DNA from: Hemiscyllium ocellatum
Taxonomy: Eukaryota
Reading direction: 5' to 3'
Assembly: GCF_020745735.1 (NCBI RefSeq)
Contig: NC_083409.1
Location: forward strand, 19,860,341 to 19,924,340
DNA: 64,000 bases
In this document: positions 46,401 to 60,189 of the stretch, one piece after another
Numbering within the stretch: position 1 is the stretch's first letter
How the letters are laid out: each line of letters starts with the position of its first letter
Notes under the pieces: generated by a model
Database searches by the model: none
What the model saw: only the letters and a program-made list of their open reading frames with translations
What the model was told of the DNA's origin: nothing
Position numbers and translations under genes: made by a program

Positions 46401-47680
46401 GTCTATGTTTGGAAAGTTAGAATCCCCTACTATAACCACCCCATTATTCTTACTGATAACTGAAATCTCCTTGCAAATTTGTTTCTCAATTTCCCATTGA
46501 CTACTGGAGGGGGGCTATAATATAATCCCAACAAGGTGATCATCCCCTTCTTTCTTCTCAGTTCCATCCAAATATCTTACCTGGATGTACTTCTGGGAAT
46601 ATCCTCTCTAAGTACAGCTGTCATGCTATCCCTTATCAAAAATGCCACTCTTTCTCCTCTTGTGCCTCCCTTTCTGTCCTTCCTGTAGCATTTGTATCCC
46701 AGAACATTAAACCGCCAGTCCTGTCCATCCCTGAGCCATATTTCTGTAATTGCTGTGATATCCCAGTCCCATGTTCCTAACCACGCCCTATGTTCATCTT
46801 CCTTCCCTGTTAGGCCTCTTGCACTGAAATAAATGCAGTTTAATTTATCAGTCCTACCTTGTTCTCTGCTTTGTCCCCACCTGCCCTGACTGTTTGACTT
46901 GCCTTTGTTCTCAACTTTACTAATCTCAGGTTGAAATCTTTCCTCACTATCTCCCTGGGTCCCACCCGCCCACCTTACTAGGTTAAATCCTCCCGAGCAG
47001 CTCTAGCAAATCTCCTTGCCAATATATTAGACCCCTTCCAATTTAGGTGCAATCTGTCCTTCTTGTACAGGTTACTTCTACCTCAAAACAGCTTCCAAAG
47101 ATCCAAAAATGTGAATCCTTCTCCCATACACCAGCTCCTCAGCCATGCATTCATCTGCTCTATCCTCCTATTCCTGCCCTCACTGGCTCATAGCACCAGG
47201 AGTAATTCAGACATTACTACTCTTGAGGACCTCCTTTTTAAATTCCTGCCTAACTCTCTGCAATATCCCTTCAGAATGTCAACCTTTTCCCTTACTATGT
47301 TGTTGCTTCCAAAGTGTACAATGACCTCCTGCTGGTCCCTCTCCATCTTAAGAACATTCTGCACCCTCCCGGAGACATCCTTGATCCTGGCACCAGGGAA
47401 GCAACACATACATTCTGATTTTTCACTGCTGGTCACAGAAATGTCTGTCTGTACCTCGGGCTAGAGAGTCCCCTAACACAGTCAATTGTTTGGAACCCAA
47501 CGTACCTCCCATTACATTAGAGACAGTACCAATACCAGAAACTTGGCTGATCATGCTAAGTACCCCTGAGTTTCCATCACCCCCTACATTTTCCAAAACA
47601 GCATACTTGTTTGAAATGGGAATAGCCACAGAAGACTCCTGCACTACTTGCCTACCTCTCTTGCCTTTCCTGGAGTTATG
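43405..47680 (-). mobile_element. Near full-length CR1 (ORF1 esterase, APE, RT), inactivated, with a nested CR1
   Basis: CCFPGARIKDV..VIVHFGSNN, MNFSKTFDKVPHG and SKFANDTK, with a (TATGACTC)n-type tail at 43405. Confidence 0.88.
45459..46033 (+). mobile_element. Young 5'-truncated CR1 with an intact RT C-terminal frame and a 6-bp TSD
   Basis: ORF 45488-45961 is open. It has a (TTCTATG)n tail, with AAGTTA at 45453-45458 and 46034-46039. Confidence 0.92.
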
Positions 47681-47899
47681 GTAAGAGCCCATGGGATCCA
47701 AGGCATTTTGGCAAATTGGATCCAAATATGAGGCAAAGAGTGATGGTGGAGGGTTGTCTTTGTGATTGGGAACCTGTGACCAGTGGTGTAAGACAGGGAT
47801 TGGGGCTGGAACCCTTGCTGTTTGTAATGTACATTAACAAATTGATTGTGATTGTATAAATCGAAGATTTTTCAGAGGCCACATAAATTGGTGGTGTTA

Positions 47900-48612
47900 T
47901 TGATATTGATTTGATTTTTATTTTAGTTTATTGTCACGTGTATTCGAGTGCAAAAGTATTGGAGGACAGTCAAAAGTATATAACGCCACCTCACAAGGTG
48001 CCATCTTAGGTACAAGGACCTCAGTACAGAATCGTAAGAACAAGGTAGAAAGAAAGAATAAAGTTCAAAGTTACACGTTGCAGATCTTTTTAGTTTTAAG
48101 TAGAAAATGAAGAAATAAAGCTGGAAGTTCAAGTATTATAGCGTTTCTTAAGAACTTAGCTGGGCTGAGAGGCCACCACATCAAACTGAGATGCCATCAC
48201 ATCAAACTGAGAGGCCATCATGTTGGACCAAGAGTCTGCCTCATTGGGCTGGAAGGTATCCCTGAAGAAGGGCTCATGTCCGAAACGCCGACTCTCCTGC
48301 TCCTTGGATGCTGCCTGACCTGCTGCGCTTTTCCAGCAACACATTTTTCAGCTCTGGAAGGTCTCCCTGCCAGGCCACGACACTGCCACACCAAGCCAAG
48401 AGGCCACATCATTAGGTCTGCACTGGGTCAGAGGCTTGGCAACTGAGGCTGCGAGTCCGAGCCCGGGAGAAGAAATAAGGGAGAAGGACAAAAGAAAAAC
48501 ACAAAAGAAAAGGAAAAGAGAAGTGGAATAGAAAGAAGAAAAGGAAACAGACGGAGCAGATGAACTCGGTCTGAAGAGTCCTACTCTGCTGCCATCTCGG
48601 ATTACTGGGTCT
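47900..48612 (-). mobile_element. Element X paralog
   Basis: Reverse complement of 26318-27072 with fewer 21-bp units and a PLE insert. Confidence 0.7.
48264..48353 (+). mobile_element. 90-bp Penelope terminal fragment with a ~15-bp TSD
   Basis: CTGGAAGGT(A/C)TCCCT at 48249-48263 and 48354-48368. The empty site is in copy 1 near 26563-26577. Confidence 0.8.
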
Positions 48613-49538
48613 CAGGCTACAGTCTGATATTGGTCGGCTGGTAAATTGGGCAGAGCAATGGCAGATGTAATTTAATCCTGATACCTCTGAGGTGATATAA
48701 CTTGGGAGGTCTAATAAGGGAGGGATATACACAATGAAAGGCATGTACCTTGACTATCCTTATGCATGAATCACAGAGGGTTGTCTACAGGTAAAACAAG
48801 CAATTAGGAAGGCAAATGGAATTTTGTCTTTCATTGCTGAAGGGATTGAGTTTAAAAAGCAGGAAGGTTATGTTGCAGCTGTACAGGGTGCTGGTGAGGC
48901 CACACCTGGAGTACTGCATGCAGTAATGGTCTCCTTACTTGAAAAAGGCAATACTGGCACTGTAAGGGTGCAGAGAAAGTTCACTAGGCTGATTCAGGGG
49001 TTGAGGGGGTTGGCTTATGAAGGGAGACTGCGTAGACTGGGATATATTCATTGGAACTGAGAAGAATGAGGGGAACCTTATAGAAACAAATAAAATTATA
49101 AAGAGAATAGATAAGACAGAAGTAGAGAGGATGTCCTCACTGGCAGCTGAAACTAAAACAAGAGGGTTTTGCCTCAAAATTAGGGGGAGCAGATTTAGGA
49201 CTGAATTGGGAGGGAACCTCTTCACCCAGAGGGTCATAAATCTCTGAAATTCCTTGCTCAATGAAGAAATTGATGCTACTTCAGTAAATGTTTTAAAGCT
49301 AAGACAGATTTTTTTTTAACAATAAAGGAATTAAGAGATACAGTGGGAGCAAATGCCAGGTCTTGCACTTTAGAAAAAAATAATACAGACATGGACAATT
49401 TTCTAAACGGTGAGAAAATTCATAAAGCCAAAGTACAAAGTGATCTGGGAACGCTAGTCCTGGATTCTCTAAAGGTTAACTTGCAGGTCGAATCCGTGGT
49501 TAAGAAAGCAAATGTAATGTTGTCATTCATCTCAAGAG

Positions 49539-49701
49539 CTGAAAAATGTGTTGCTGAAAATGTACAGCAGGAATGAAGAAGGGCTTATGCCCGAAACGTC
49601 GATTCTCCTGCTCCTTGGATGCTGACTGATCTGCTGCACTTTTCTAGCAACACATTTTTCAGCTCTGATCTCCAGCATCTGCAGTCCTCACTTTCTCCTA
49701 A
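49539..49701 (+). mobile_element. Short Penelope terminal fragment with an inverted 5' duplication and a ~13-bp TSD
   Basis: TT(C/T)ATCTCAAGAG at 49526-49538 and 49702-49714. Confidence 0.8.
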
Positions 49702-51099
49702 TTTATCTCAAGAGGGTTGGAATGTAAAATGAGATGTGCTACTGAGACTTTATAAAGCTCTGGTTAGGCCCCATTCAGTCCAGTTTTGGGCCCCACACCT
49801 CAGGAAGGACATATTGACACTGGACTGTGTCCAGTGGAGATTCACATGGATGATCCCTGGAATGGTAAGCCTAATATATGATGAACGGCTGAGGATCCTG
49901 GGATTGGATTCATTCGACTTTAGAAGGGGAGATCTAATAGAAACTTACAAGATAATGCATGGCTTAGAAAGGGTAGATGCTGGGAAATTGTTTCAATTGG
50001 GTGGGGGTACTAGGACCCGTGGGCACAGCCTTAGAGTTAGAGGGGGTCAGTTTAAAACAGAATTGAGGAAACATTTCTTCAGCTAGAGAGTGATGGGCCT
50101 TTGGAATTCATTGCCACAGAGCGCAGTGGCAGCTGAAATATTAAATGTCTTCAAGGCAGAGATTGATAAATTCTTAATCTTGTAATGAATTAAGGGCTAC
50201 AGGGAGAGTGTGGGTAACTGTAGTTAAATGCCCATCACCCATGATTGAATGGCGGAGTGGACTCGAGGGACCAAATGGCCTTACTTCCACTCCTTTGTCT
50301 TATGGACTTATGTGGAGCTGAGTCCATGAAAAGATCAGCCATGATCTTATTGAATGGCAGAGCAGGGTTGAAGGGCCAGATGGCCTACTCCTGCTCCTAG
50401 TTCTTATGTTCTTATGTTCCTTGGGAGTACTGAGGAACAAAGGGACCTTGGTGTACAAGTCCATCAATCCTGGAAGGTATCAGCACAGCTAGACAGGGTG
50501 GTGAAGAAGGCATATGGGATGCTTGGCATTATTAGCCAGGGTGTAGAATATAGGAAGTAGAAAGTCTTGTTACCTGACAGAGCACTGGTTAGGTCATGTC
50601 TGGAATATTGTGCACAGTTCTGGTCGTGACACTGTTGGAAGAACGTGATTGAACTGGAGAGGATGCAGAGGAGATGTTCCCGGGGATGGAAAGTGTTAGT
50701 TCTGAGGAGAGACTGGATAGACTGGGTTTGTTTTCTCTGGGGGGAATCTGATTGAGATATACAAAAATATGAAAGGCATAGACAAAGTCAATTGTGAGAA
50801 TCTTTTCCCCATGTCAGACATGTCTATGACCAGAGGGAATAAGCTTAGCGTGTGGAAAAGTGGTTTAGAGTGGTTTTGAGGACTTTTTTCCCCAGAGGAT
50901 GTTAGAAATATGGAATGTGCTGCTTGAGAAGGTGTGGATGCAGCTCCTGTCACAACATTTGAGAAACATCCAGATGAGCACATAAAATGCCAGGGCATGG
51001 AAGGCTATGAACCAAGTGCAGGTAAATGGAGTTTGGTGATTACTGATTGGCATCGACATGTCGACAAACAGAAGGGCCTGTTTGTTTGCTGTAGGACTC

Positions 51100-54075
51100 T
51101 ATGACAATGAAGAGAAGGATGTGGAAGCATTTTTCATGTTGTTTCAGAAGATAGCAACACAAGTGAGGTGGGAAAAACAGGTTGGACCTTGTCCATGCAA
51201 AAATGAAATTGGGAAGCACAAGAGGTTTCTACATCCCTGTCAGAGGAATGTTCTCGGGATCACGAGGAGGTGAAAATGGCTATTCTAAGCACATATGAGT
51301 TGGCTCCAGAAACATACAGACAGATGTTTCAGAACTTACACAAACAGCCTGGACAAACCTCTACTGAGTTTAAGAGAGTTCAACAAAATAATGTTGACAG
51401 GTGGATAAGAGCATTAACAGCTGAGAATACTTCCAATGCTCTCAGAGAAGTTATCCTTTGAGAAGAATTTACAACTTCCTTCCCTTCTAGAACCATTCAT
51501 GTCGAAGACCAAAGGGGAACGACAGTAAGACAAACAGCTATAATGGCTGATGATTATAGACTTCGTTAAAGCCAAAACCCTGCAGATGCTGGAATCCAAA
51601 GTTGACAAACATGAGGCTGGAAGAGCACAACAAGCCAAGCAGCATCAGGAGGTGGAGAAGTCACCTGATGGGAGACCAATCCAGAAACTTTTTTTTCCCA
51701 TCAGGCCCAGAAATGGGAGAAAAATAAAAATTGGGAGAGTATGAGGAAGGCAGGTAGCCAGGGGAGACAATGGATTGGAGGCAACAGCCCAGGAACTCCT
51801 CCTCAGATTAAGAAGGAAATTGCTGAGGGTGGAAGTGATGATCAGAAGCTGAAATGTTTCTCTTGGAATAAGGTGGGCTATGTATGTTTGGAATGTTGGA
51901 ACTTGTGAGGTAAACCCATGGGATTTATGGGAGTTAGTAAAAATGAGCCAGAGAAGGGAACACAGACAGATAATCCCACAGAGCAGGTTGTAGCTGTAAC
52001 TATAACAAAAAGGCCGGAGGTGAATTCTGTCATAAGTAAAGGAGGTTGTTAGGTAGGTGAGAGGTGGACCCAGCTAAACCCAGAACCAAACTGAGAGATA
52101 CAGGAGCAACACAGTCACTTTTACTGGAGAAAGAGTTGATTTTCCCTCCAGAGAGCTCAATGGAAGCTAAGGTATTAATCAGTGGGATTGGTGGAGAATA
52201 TAGTCCACTTCCATTAGTACAGTACAACTTGAATGTGATTTGTTATCAGGAGAAGTAATTGTCGGAATGGGAAAACATTCCCTGTTGAGGGAGTCGATTT
52301 CCTTCTGGGGAATGGTTTGTCAGGACTGAAGGCAGTAGCTTCCCCGATAATTACAGAATGTCCAAAGGAGGGCCAAGAAACAGAACAATGACAGGAACAG
52401 GTTCCTGGTCTCTCTCCTTCGTGTGAGGTAACCAGGGCAATGGTTAAACAAAATCCATCAATAAGGGTTGATGTGACACCACAGCAAGTGAAAGGATCGC
52501 TGAAACATTCTGAAAGGGTGAAGATAATCCAGGTGGAGTGGTTGGTATGATGTCACTAATTGCAGCAGATCCAAAAAGCAGATCCTGAATGAAATAAATG
52601 AGCACAGTCAGCTCATACTGAGGTCGAGGCTGGAGGGGTTTCAGAGTGTTATTGTGTTCAGAATGGAGCGCTGATGAGGAAGTGGAGACCCCGTCATAGA
52701 CCCCCAGATGAAGAATGGTCAGTTAGACATTGCCTAGTGGTCCCACCCAGCTATCAGAGGGAGATAGTACAAGGGGCACATAAGAATCCCATGGCAGGTC
52801 ACATGGGGATTTAGAAAACACAGGCATCCAGAAACAGGTATTTTACTGAGCCACAATTGGATGAAATGTGGTGCAGTTTTATAAAATGTGTCTTACTTGT
52901 CAAGTTATAGGTAATGCTCAATACAAAACCAGCATCCTTAATTCCTCTCCCAGTTTTTGAGGAACCATCCCGTCATGTAGAGGTTTGTCAAGTAGTGAGT
53001 ATAATAGAGGAGGGGATCAGAAAAAGCTTGAGATCAAAAAAGACCTTGACTCTTCCCAAAGGAATCTTCCTGTTATTAGATGAACAAATTCAGAGATATT
53101 TGAGACTTCAGACGCTGCATTTTTGTATCTGGAGAAAGATCAACAGGAAGATTTAGTGAGGCTGCTCAGACAATACAAAGATGTTTGTATGAGGAGTCGT
53201 TGAGGACTTTGGTTCTGTGCTTGATGGAGTTTAGAAAGATGAGAGGGAATGTCATTGACACTTACAGAATACAGGGTGGCCTGGATAGAGTGGACATGGA
53301 GGAGATGTTTCTAATGATAGGAGATTTGGAGACCCGAGGGCACAGCCTCAGAGTGAAGAGACGATCTTTCCAACTGAGTTGAGAAGGAATTTCTTCAGCC
53401 AGAGCGTCATGAATCTGTGGAACTGCAGAGGGCCTAGGAGGCCAATTCATTGAGTGTATTTAAGAAAGAGATAGATTGGCTCTTGATTGGTCAAGGGATC
53501 AAGATTAACAGGGAAAAGGGAAGAGGGCTGAGGAACATTATCAACTGTAAATGACCAGACATGATGGGCCAAATGGCCCAATTCTGCTCATTTATCTTGT
53601 GGACTTGTATTGATACACTTAGATCTATCACATGAATCAAATATAACATGAATTTGGTAATTCAGACAAAATAAAACAAAAACCAACCGAAACCGGCAAT
53701 GGAACAGAGGGCTTCCATGTTGGAGAATCAGCTGATTGAACCATATCAGAGTAATTGGAGTTCTCCTGTAGTATTGGCTCCTGAACCAAACTGTTCAATT
53801 TAATTCTGTGTAGACTCGAGGAATGTGAGTCTCGTCACAAAACCAGATTCATTCCCTATTCCCAGCTGAGAAGGTTGTATAGAGAGGGTTTGTTGTATAT
53901 CATTCTTGTATAAAATTGATTTGTTAAAAGGATGTTGACAAGAACTCACTGATAACTCGAACTAAGCGAGTTTCTGTATTTATCACACCTAATGGATTAT
54001 ACCCAATGGCAAGTTTTGCTATGTGGACTTAACAACTCTCCAGTCACATTTGAATGATTATTGTGAAAGTGAACA
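51100..54075 (+). mobile_element. Degenerate Gypsy LTR retrotransposon, Gmr1-like (SCAN-type gag, protease, integrase before RT)
   Basis: AILSTYELAPETYRQMF..WIRAL (gag/SCAN-like), LRDTGATQSLL (protease, ~52090), integrase Zn region at ~52650-52900 and RT at ~53700-54050. A CR1 piece is inserted at ~53165-53600. Confidence 0.75.
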
Positions 54076-54114
54076 AGGTCACACTCCCCCACATTACACT
54101 CCATCTGCCCAATA

Positions 54115-54430
54115 GTGGGCGGCACGGTGGCACAGTGGTTAGCACTGCTGCCTCACAGCGCCTGAGATCCGGGTTCAATTCCCGACTCAGGCGACTGACT
54201 GTGTGGAGTTTGCATGTTCTCCCCGTGTCTGCGTGGGTTTCCTCCGAGTGCTCCGGTTTCCTCCCACAGTCCAAAGATGTGCAGGTTAGGTGAATTGGCC
54301 ATGCTAAATTGCCCGTAGTGTTAGGTAAGGGGTAAATGTAGGGGTATGGGTGGGTTGCGCTTCGGCGGGTCGGTGTGGACTTGTTGGGCCGAAGGGCCTG
54401 TTTCCACACTGTAAGTAATCTAAAAAAAAA
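54115..54430 (+). mobile_element. tRNA-derived SINE (HE1/V-SINE-like), young full-length copy
   Basis: TGGCACAGTGGTTAGCA (A-box), GGTTCAATTCC (B-box) and an A-rich tail. The empty site is at ~30205. Confidence 0.92.
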
Positions 54431-54984
54431 TTTCTTCAAAGCCCAGCTGTTTCTAATATTCAGCAGGATTAACCTTCACTGGGAAATAGGCATTTGTAAC
54501 TAGAATAATGATATCTCTGAGAATCACATTAATAATTGTTTTTATTGAAGCTTTCATAAGTTCTGTGTTGATTGACACAATGCTCTGGTTTGGGCTTTGC
54601 TGTCGGTACAAACCATCTGTCATGTCTTTGCTGCAATGGTTCACATTTATATCATCAAACTTACACTCCAAATATCCCATCATTATTCTTCATGGGATTC
54701 ACTGGAATTGGCTCAGATCGAGCAAATGTAGCGGTATGGGTGGGTTGCGCTTCGGCGGGTCGGTGTGGACTTGTTGGGCCGAAGGGCCTGTTTCCACACT
54801 GTAAGTCTAATCAATGTAATCGAACTCCCAGCAGCTGAAATGGAGGGAGGGATGCGGATTAGAGAGCAAGAGATGGAGCACAAGGAGAGAGAGAGAGAGA
54901 GAGAGAGAGAGCACTAAATGAGAGGGGGATAGAGCTTGGACAGAGAAAGAGGGATGGAACTCAGAATGAGATCTATGCAGCTGA

Positions 54985-57900
54985 GTTAGAGAGGGGTGGG
55001 GAGAGAGAGTGAGAAAGAGAGATGGAGTCAAGGCGTTCTATGTCAAAGATAAATTATACTCTGTTAAATATTGCACTAGATGAATGCTGACTCTCTTACC
55101 CTGTGAAAACTACCTACAAAGCTATCTAACTTTGTGTCATTAGCAAACTAGAGTATCTGACTTTCTATGCCATTATCCAATGCATTAATAAATAATGTAA
55201 ATAATTGAGGTGTGTGCACACATTCCTATTGGACTCCACTGGTCACATCCTGCCGATTTCAGCACTTATCCATGATCCCTATTTTCTGTCACCTGTCACT
55301 CAACCAATTTCGGTATGGCAGTATTTTAGCCTCAATTCTGTGGATTTCTAACTGAGTTGACAATTTCTTACATGGTATTTTATCAAGTGCCTTCTGGAAG
55401 TCCCTATAAACAACATCCATTGACATTACTGTGTCCAGTAATTTTGTTTCCTCTTCAAAAATGTTCAATGAGGTTTTTCACCATGACCAACTTGTCACGA
55501 ATCCATGCTGATTCTCCCTGATTAACTGACCATTTTCAAGGTCTTCAGTTACCCCCATCCTTGATTATAGACTACAACAATTTCCACATCACAAACGTTG
55601 GTTTCGTGACCTGTAATTCCCTGGCTTTTCTCTAACATCCTTGTTACATGTGAAATGAAATTTGCAATTTTCCAATTCAGAGGTACGACTCCTGAATCCA
55701 GGTAACTCTGAAAGATTATAGTCAGGGTGTCTGCAATGTGGTCTATTACTACTTTATCACCCTCAGGTCCTGAGGATTTGTCACTCTTTAGTTCCATTAT
55801 TTTCGTTATTACACATGTTCTATTGACATTAACTTTCTTTAGGTGACACAGTGGTTAGCACTGCTGCCTCACAGCACCAGAGTCCCAGGTTCAATTCCAG
55901 CCTTGGGGAACTGCCTGTGTGGAGTTTGCACATTGTCTGCATGGGTTTCCTCCTACTATCCAAAGATGTGCACGTCAGGTGAATTGGCCATACTAAATTG
56001 CCCATAGTGTTAGGTGCATTAGTCAAAGGGAAAATGGGTCTGGGTGGGTTACTCTTCGGAGGGTCAGTGTGGACTGGTTGGGCCAAAAGGCATGTTTGCA
56101 CACTGCAGGGAATCTAATCAGTCCCTGACACAGATCCTCTGTTAATTCCTTTGGGACTTCAGGCAAGTCCTCTTCCTTTTCTACTGCAAATCTTGTGGTA
56201 AAGTATTTATTTAACATGGCTGTCATTTCCCCATTGTCACTGACAATATCCCTCACTTTCAGTCTTTAATGGCCAACATTGCTCCTGACCACCCAGCTTC
56301 CCTTTTATGGAACTGTAACATTTCTCCTTATTGATTTTGTTACATGTATCCTTTCAGAATCCCTTTTGGTAGCTCATAGAAGCTGATATGTGGCCCTTTC
56401 GTATTCTTCCTATTCAGCGGAATCTGTCCTTATTTTTTGCTTTTCTGTAAGCCTTTTTTAAACATTTTATCCTTTCCCTTATCTCGTTAATTGACCATTG
56501 TTGTTTGTTCGCATTTCCCTCTCAGGTATAAAGTGGCTTTGTTTTGTGTTGAATGTTCCTTTAAATATTCCCCACTGTCCTTCAGTTGTTTTACCCATGA
56601 GCAGATTTTCCCAGTTTATTGTGGACAGTCTCTGTCGCATCTCGTTAAAGTCAACCCTTACCTTAATCTCAAATTCTAGCAGCTGATTCATGCTTTTTAC
56701 TTTCAAATGCGACACTGAACTAGATCATGTTATGATCACTATTTGAAAAATGTTCATGCACAAGTAGTTACGAACTAAATCTGGCTCATTATTCATTACT
56801 AATTCCAATATTGCTTGTTCCCTTGTTGTATCCAGGACCTATTGCTGTTCGAAACTATTCTGGACACACAGCAGCAATTCACTACCTTTCTGACAGAGCG
56901 CTTGTCTGTCTCCCAATCTAAGTTAAAGTTAAACTTCACCATTAATAATACACTGGCTTTGCTACACACTTGTCTAATTCCTCCATTTATATAATCCAGC
57001 ACCTCAGAGCTACTGTCAGGGGGGTCAGTATCCAACATCTACTACAGTTTTAGATCCTTTCCTGCTCCTCAGTTCCACTGAATGTTTTCTCCTCATTATG
57101 ACCTCCCTCACCATTGAAGCCATTTTTTCCCTCATCAATGAAGCTGCTCCACCTCTTCTGCCATTTCCCTATATCCATCCTGTGAACCTTCTAACCCGAT
57201 AGATATCGTTCCCAATCTGAATGATTCTGCAACTATGTCTCAGTAATTGATCCGATACCACAATCTTAAATTTGAATTTGTGCCTGCAGATTATTGTATT
57301 TATTCCTTACGCTCTGTGCATTCGTATATAGAACTCTTATTTGGTCCATTCACTGGAATCTGTTCCTCAGCACTGATGCTGTCTTCACCTCTTTCTTATT
57401 TCTCTCCATCTGTCTAATCAATATCCTTCTGATAGCTTTCCAGATATTGTCCAAATAGGACCTTTTGCCGATTTTTGCTGATGTTGTTGGTCCCAACACA
57501 GACAACAACAACTGGATCCTCAACACCCACCCCACCCCCCACACCCCAGGTCTGTTATACTTCAAAGCCGGCTCGAGATGCCCTTACCTTGAAACCAGGC
57601 AGGCAACTCACCATGTGGGACTCTCAATTCTGCTCACAAAGGATGCTATCAGTTCCCCTCATTATCAAGACCTCTCTTTGCTTTGTGCTTCCCCAGTCTG
57701 AGTGGCCTCCTGGACCATGGTGCAATGGTTTCCTTTGTTCATTCATAGGAAATGGACATCTCTGGCCAAGCCAGCAATGACTGTCCTTAGGAGTCATCGA
57801 ATTATGGAATCCATGCAATGTGAAACAGGCCATTCAGACCAATGAGTCCACACCAACATTCTGAAGAGCATCCCACCCAGACTTGTCTCCCTACCTTATC

Positions 57901-58440
57901 CCTGTAAATCTGCATCTCCCATGGCTAATGCACCTAACCTACACATCCCTACATTTTCCCCAGTTTAGACATTATAATTTCTGCTCTATCTTTATCTTTT
58001 TATATAATGACTTTGAAACTTACAGAGTTATGGTCACTATCACCAAAATCCTCAAACTACATTTGCCCATTCTCCCGACAATCCTTTTCCTCATTGACAC
58101 AAGGAGCAAGTACCTCATTCCTGTTGGACAAGGAGCTGAGGCACCTGTAAGGCTAAATCCAGGCTGCATCGGCATGTTCACTTTTGGTCACACTCTCCGG
58201 TCCCTGATCACTGGCCATAATTTGAAGTATTTTACCTACAAGGTGTGACTGTCTCCCCAAACACAGTTTCCAGGTAACTCTCCCCCTCCCTGATGTGTCG
58301 CAGTGTTTGAAGCTCAGATTCCAGCTCATCAACTCTGAGCTGGAGTGCCTTGAGCAACCAACACTTGCTGTAGATGTGGTCACTCTGAGCTACAATGGGC
58401 TCCACCAGCTTCCCCATCGTGCAATTACTACACATCGCCT
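54985..58440 (-). mobile_element. Long degenerate CR1 (ORF1, APE, RT) with nested SINEs
   Basis: ORFs 58232-58435 and 57624-57833 (ORF1), 56799-57038 (APE) and 55549-55797 (RT). Confidence 0.75.
55843..56120 (+). mobile_element. tRNA-derived SINE
   Basis: Homologous to 54115-54430. Confidence 0.85.
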
Positions 58441-59679
58441 GGCCCTGTATGTGGAAATTATTTGAGGAGTTTTTAATTTATATTTTAAAATTTGCTGCTG
58501 GTCTTTAGTTTTTAATCTGTAAAATATTTCCGTCCAGGAGACAGAGAAGATGCCAGCACAGGAGGAGGCTGATCAGCCCCTCGTGTCAGTGCTAGCTGTT
58601 TACGAGCCTCAATTACAATGAACATCTCCATTGAATGTCTGATGTCAGGAAGTGATTGGGTCTGTTTTTAGAGACAGAATAACGGACAAATATGAACTGG
58701 TCTGAGAGAATCAGCATGGATTGACAAAGGTTCAGACATCTTTAACTAACCGGGTTACACTTTGTTAGGAGCTCACGAGTGTGGGATATAAGGGAATGTC
58801 GATGGCTATTGTCTATAGGGAATTCAAAAAGACATTTAAGAATGTTCCACAACAAAAAAAATTGATTCAGATCTTACACTCCACAACCATCTGATGAAGG
58901 AGCAGCGCTCCAAATGCTGATGCTTCCAAACAAACCTGTTGCATTAGAACCTGGTGTTCTGTGATTTTTAACATTTACACGACAGTCCAACACTGACATC
59001 TCTAAATCATGGAATTGGATGGAATTTGAGAAATGCATTTACCTTGGGTCAGGAATGGGTCTGTCTTGGAGACAGAGAGGAAGGATAATGTGCGTGTGTT
59101 CCAATGAGCCAGATGTGAGTAGTGGTATTCCCAGGGATCTGTGCTGGCACCTCAGCTTTTCACGATATTTCTCAATGACTTGGTTGAAGAAACAGAGAGC
59201 CATATATCCAAGATTATTGATCACACTAAGTGAGGCAGCTTGAAGGAGGTCACAGAGATACGGAGGGTGGAAGAACAGGGAGCAGATTGAGAACAAGGAT
59301 GAGAATTTGAAAATCGAGGTGTTGCTGGACCAAGACCTGATGTCAGTCAGTGAGGATTGTGGTGGCTATGGTGGGGTGGGGAGGCGTGGGCAGGGGTGTG
59401 GGGTGGACTTGGTGTGAGTTTGAACACAGACAGCAGAGTTTGGGATGAGGTGATGTTTACGGAAGTCAGTGGCTGTGATGTGGGCCTGGATATCATTGGA
59501 ATGGTCACAAAAACATGGTTGAGATTTTCAGTGGCTGATACTTGAGATGTGAAAGATTTGGGCCTCAAATCAGCCCCAGAGATGAGGCCAAAGTTGTAAA
59601 GAGTCTGTTTGAGCAGCAGACAATGCTCAGGGAAAGGGATGGAGTTTGTATCAGGAGCTGAAGAGGATGACTTTGATCT

Positions 59680-59946
59680 TCCCAAAGTGTTTCCCAGTGA
59701 GCCTGGCTCCTCAGTCCTGACTGCTCTTAGCTGCTGTGATTGTCACTGATTGGACACTTATTATTAGAGATTCTGACCACAGCAGAAAGCCCCAGTGTAA
59801 AAAATAACTGCAAAGACTGAGAGAGCACAAGGTTGAAACTTCACCAAGAGAGGAAGTGAAAGAAGGAGCTCAGAGCAGCTGGATGTTTGTTACTGAGACG
59901 GGAGAAAACTGTGAACCATCTGCACTCCCTGGAATCTGACAGCACA
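59680..59946 (+). promoter_or_regulatory. Module B copy 3 (inverted): candidate lymphoid enhancer or promoter
   Basis: GAGGAAGTGAAA at 59850-59861; CAGCTG, GACCACA and ATTGG are retained. Confidence 0.55.
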
Positions 59947-60189
59947 AGAGGAGGACATTCAGCCCATCATGCCTTTGAATGACCCAGTTAATCCCACTGC
60001 TCCCCTCTTTCTCCCCGTAACCCAGCAAATCTTTCCTTTACAGCTCAATCTCCAATTCCCTCTGATAGACCTCATGTCCACAGAGTGAGACTGCCCTGAA
60101 CCTGGGCTTCAAGTTAGCATCTCATTCATTCATTGGGAGACAAACTGCCTGAGCTGGGAAATGGAGTTCAGGATCCTGAACATTCCCTC

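Noticed and set aside
54115-54190. tRNA gene
   Set aside because: The A/B boxes belong to a SINE head that continues into the SINE body and LINE-derived tail; no full cloverleaf is supported.
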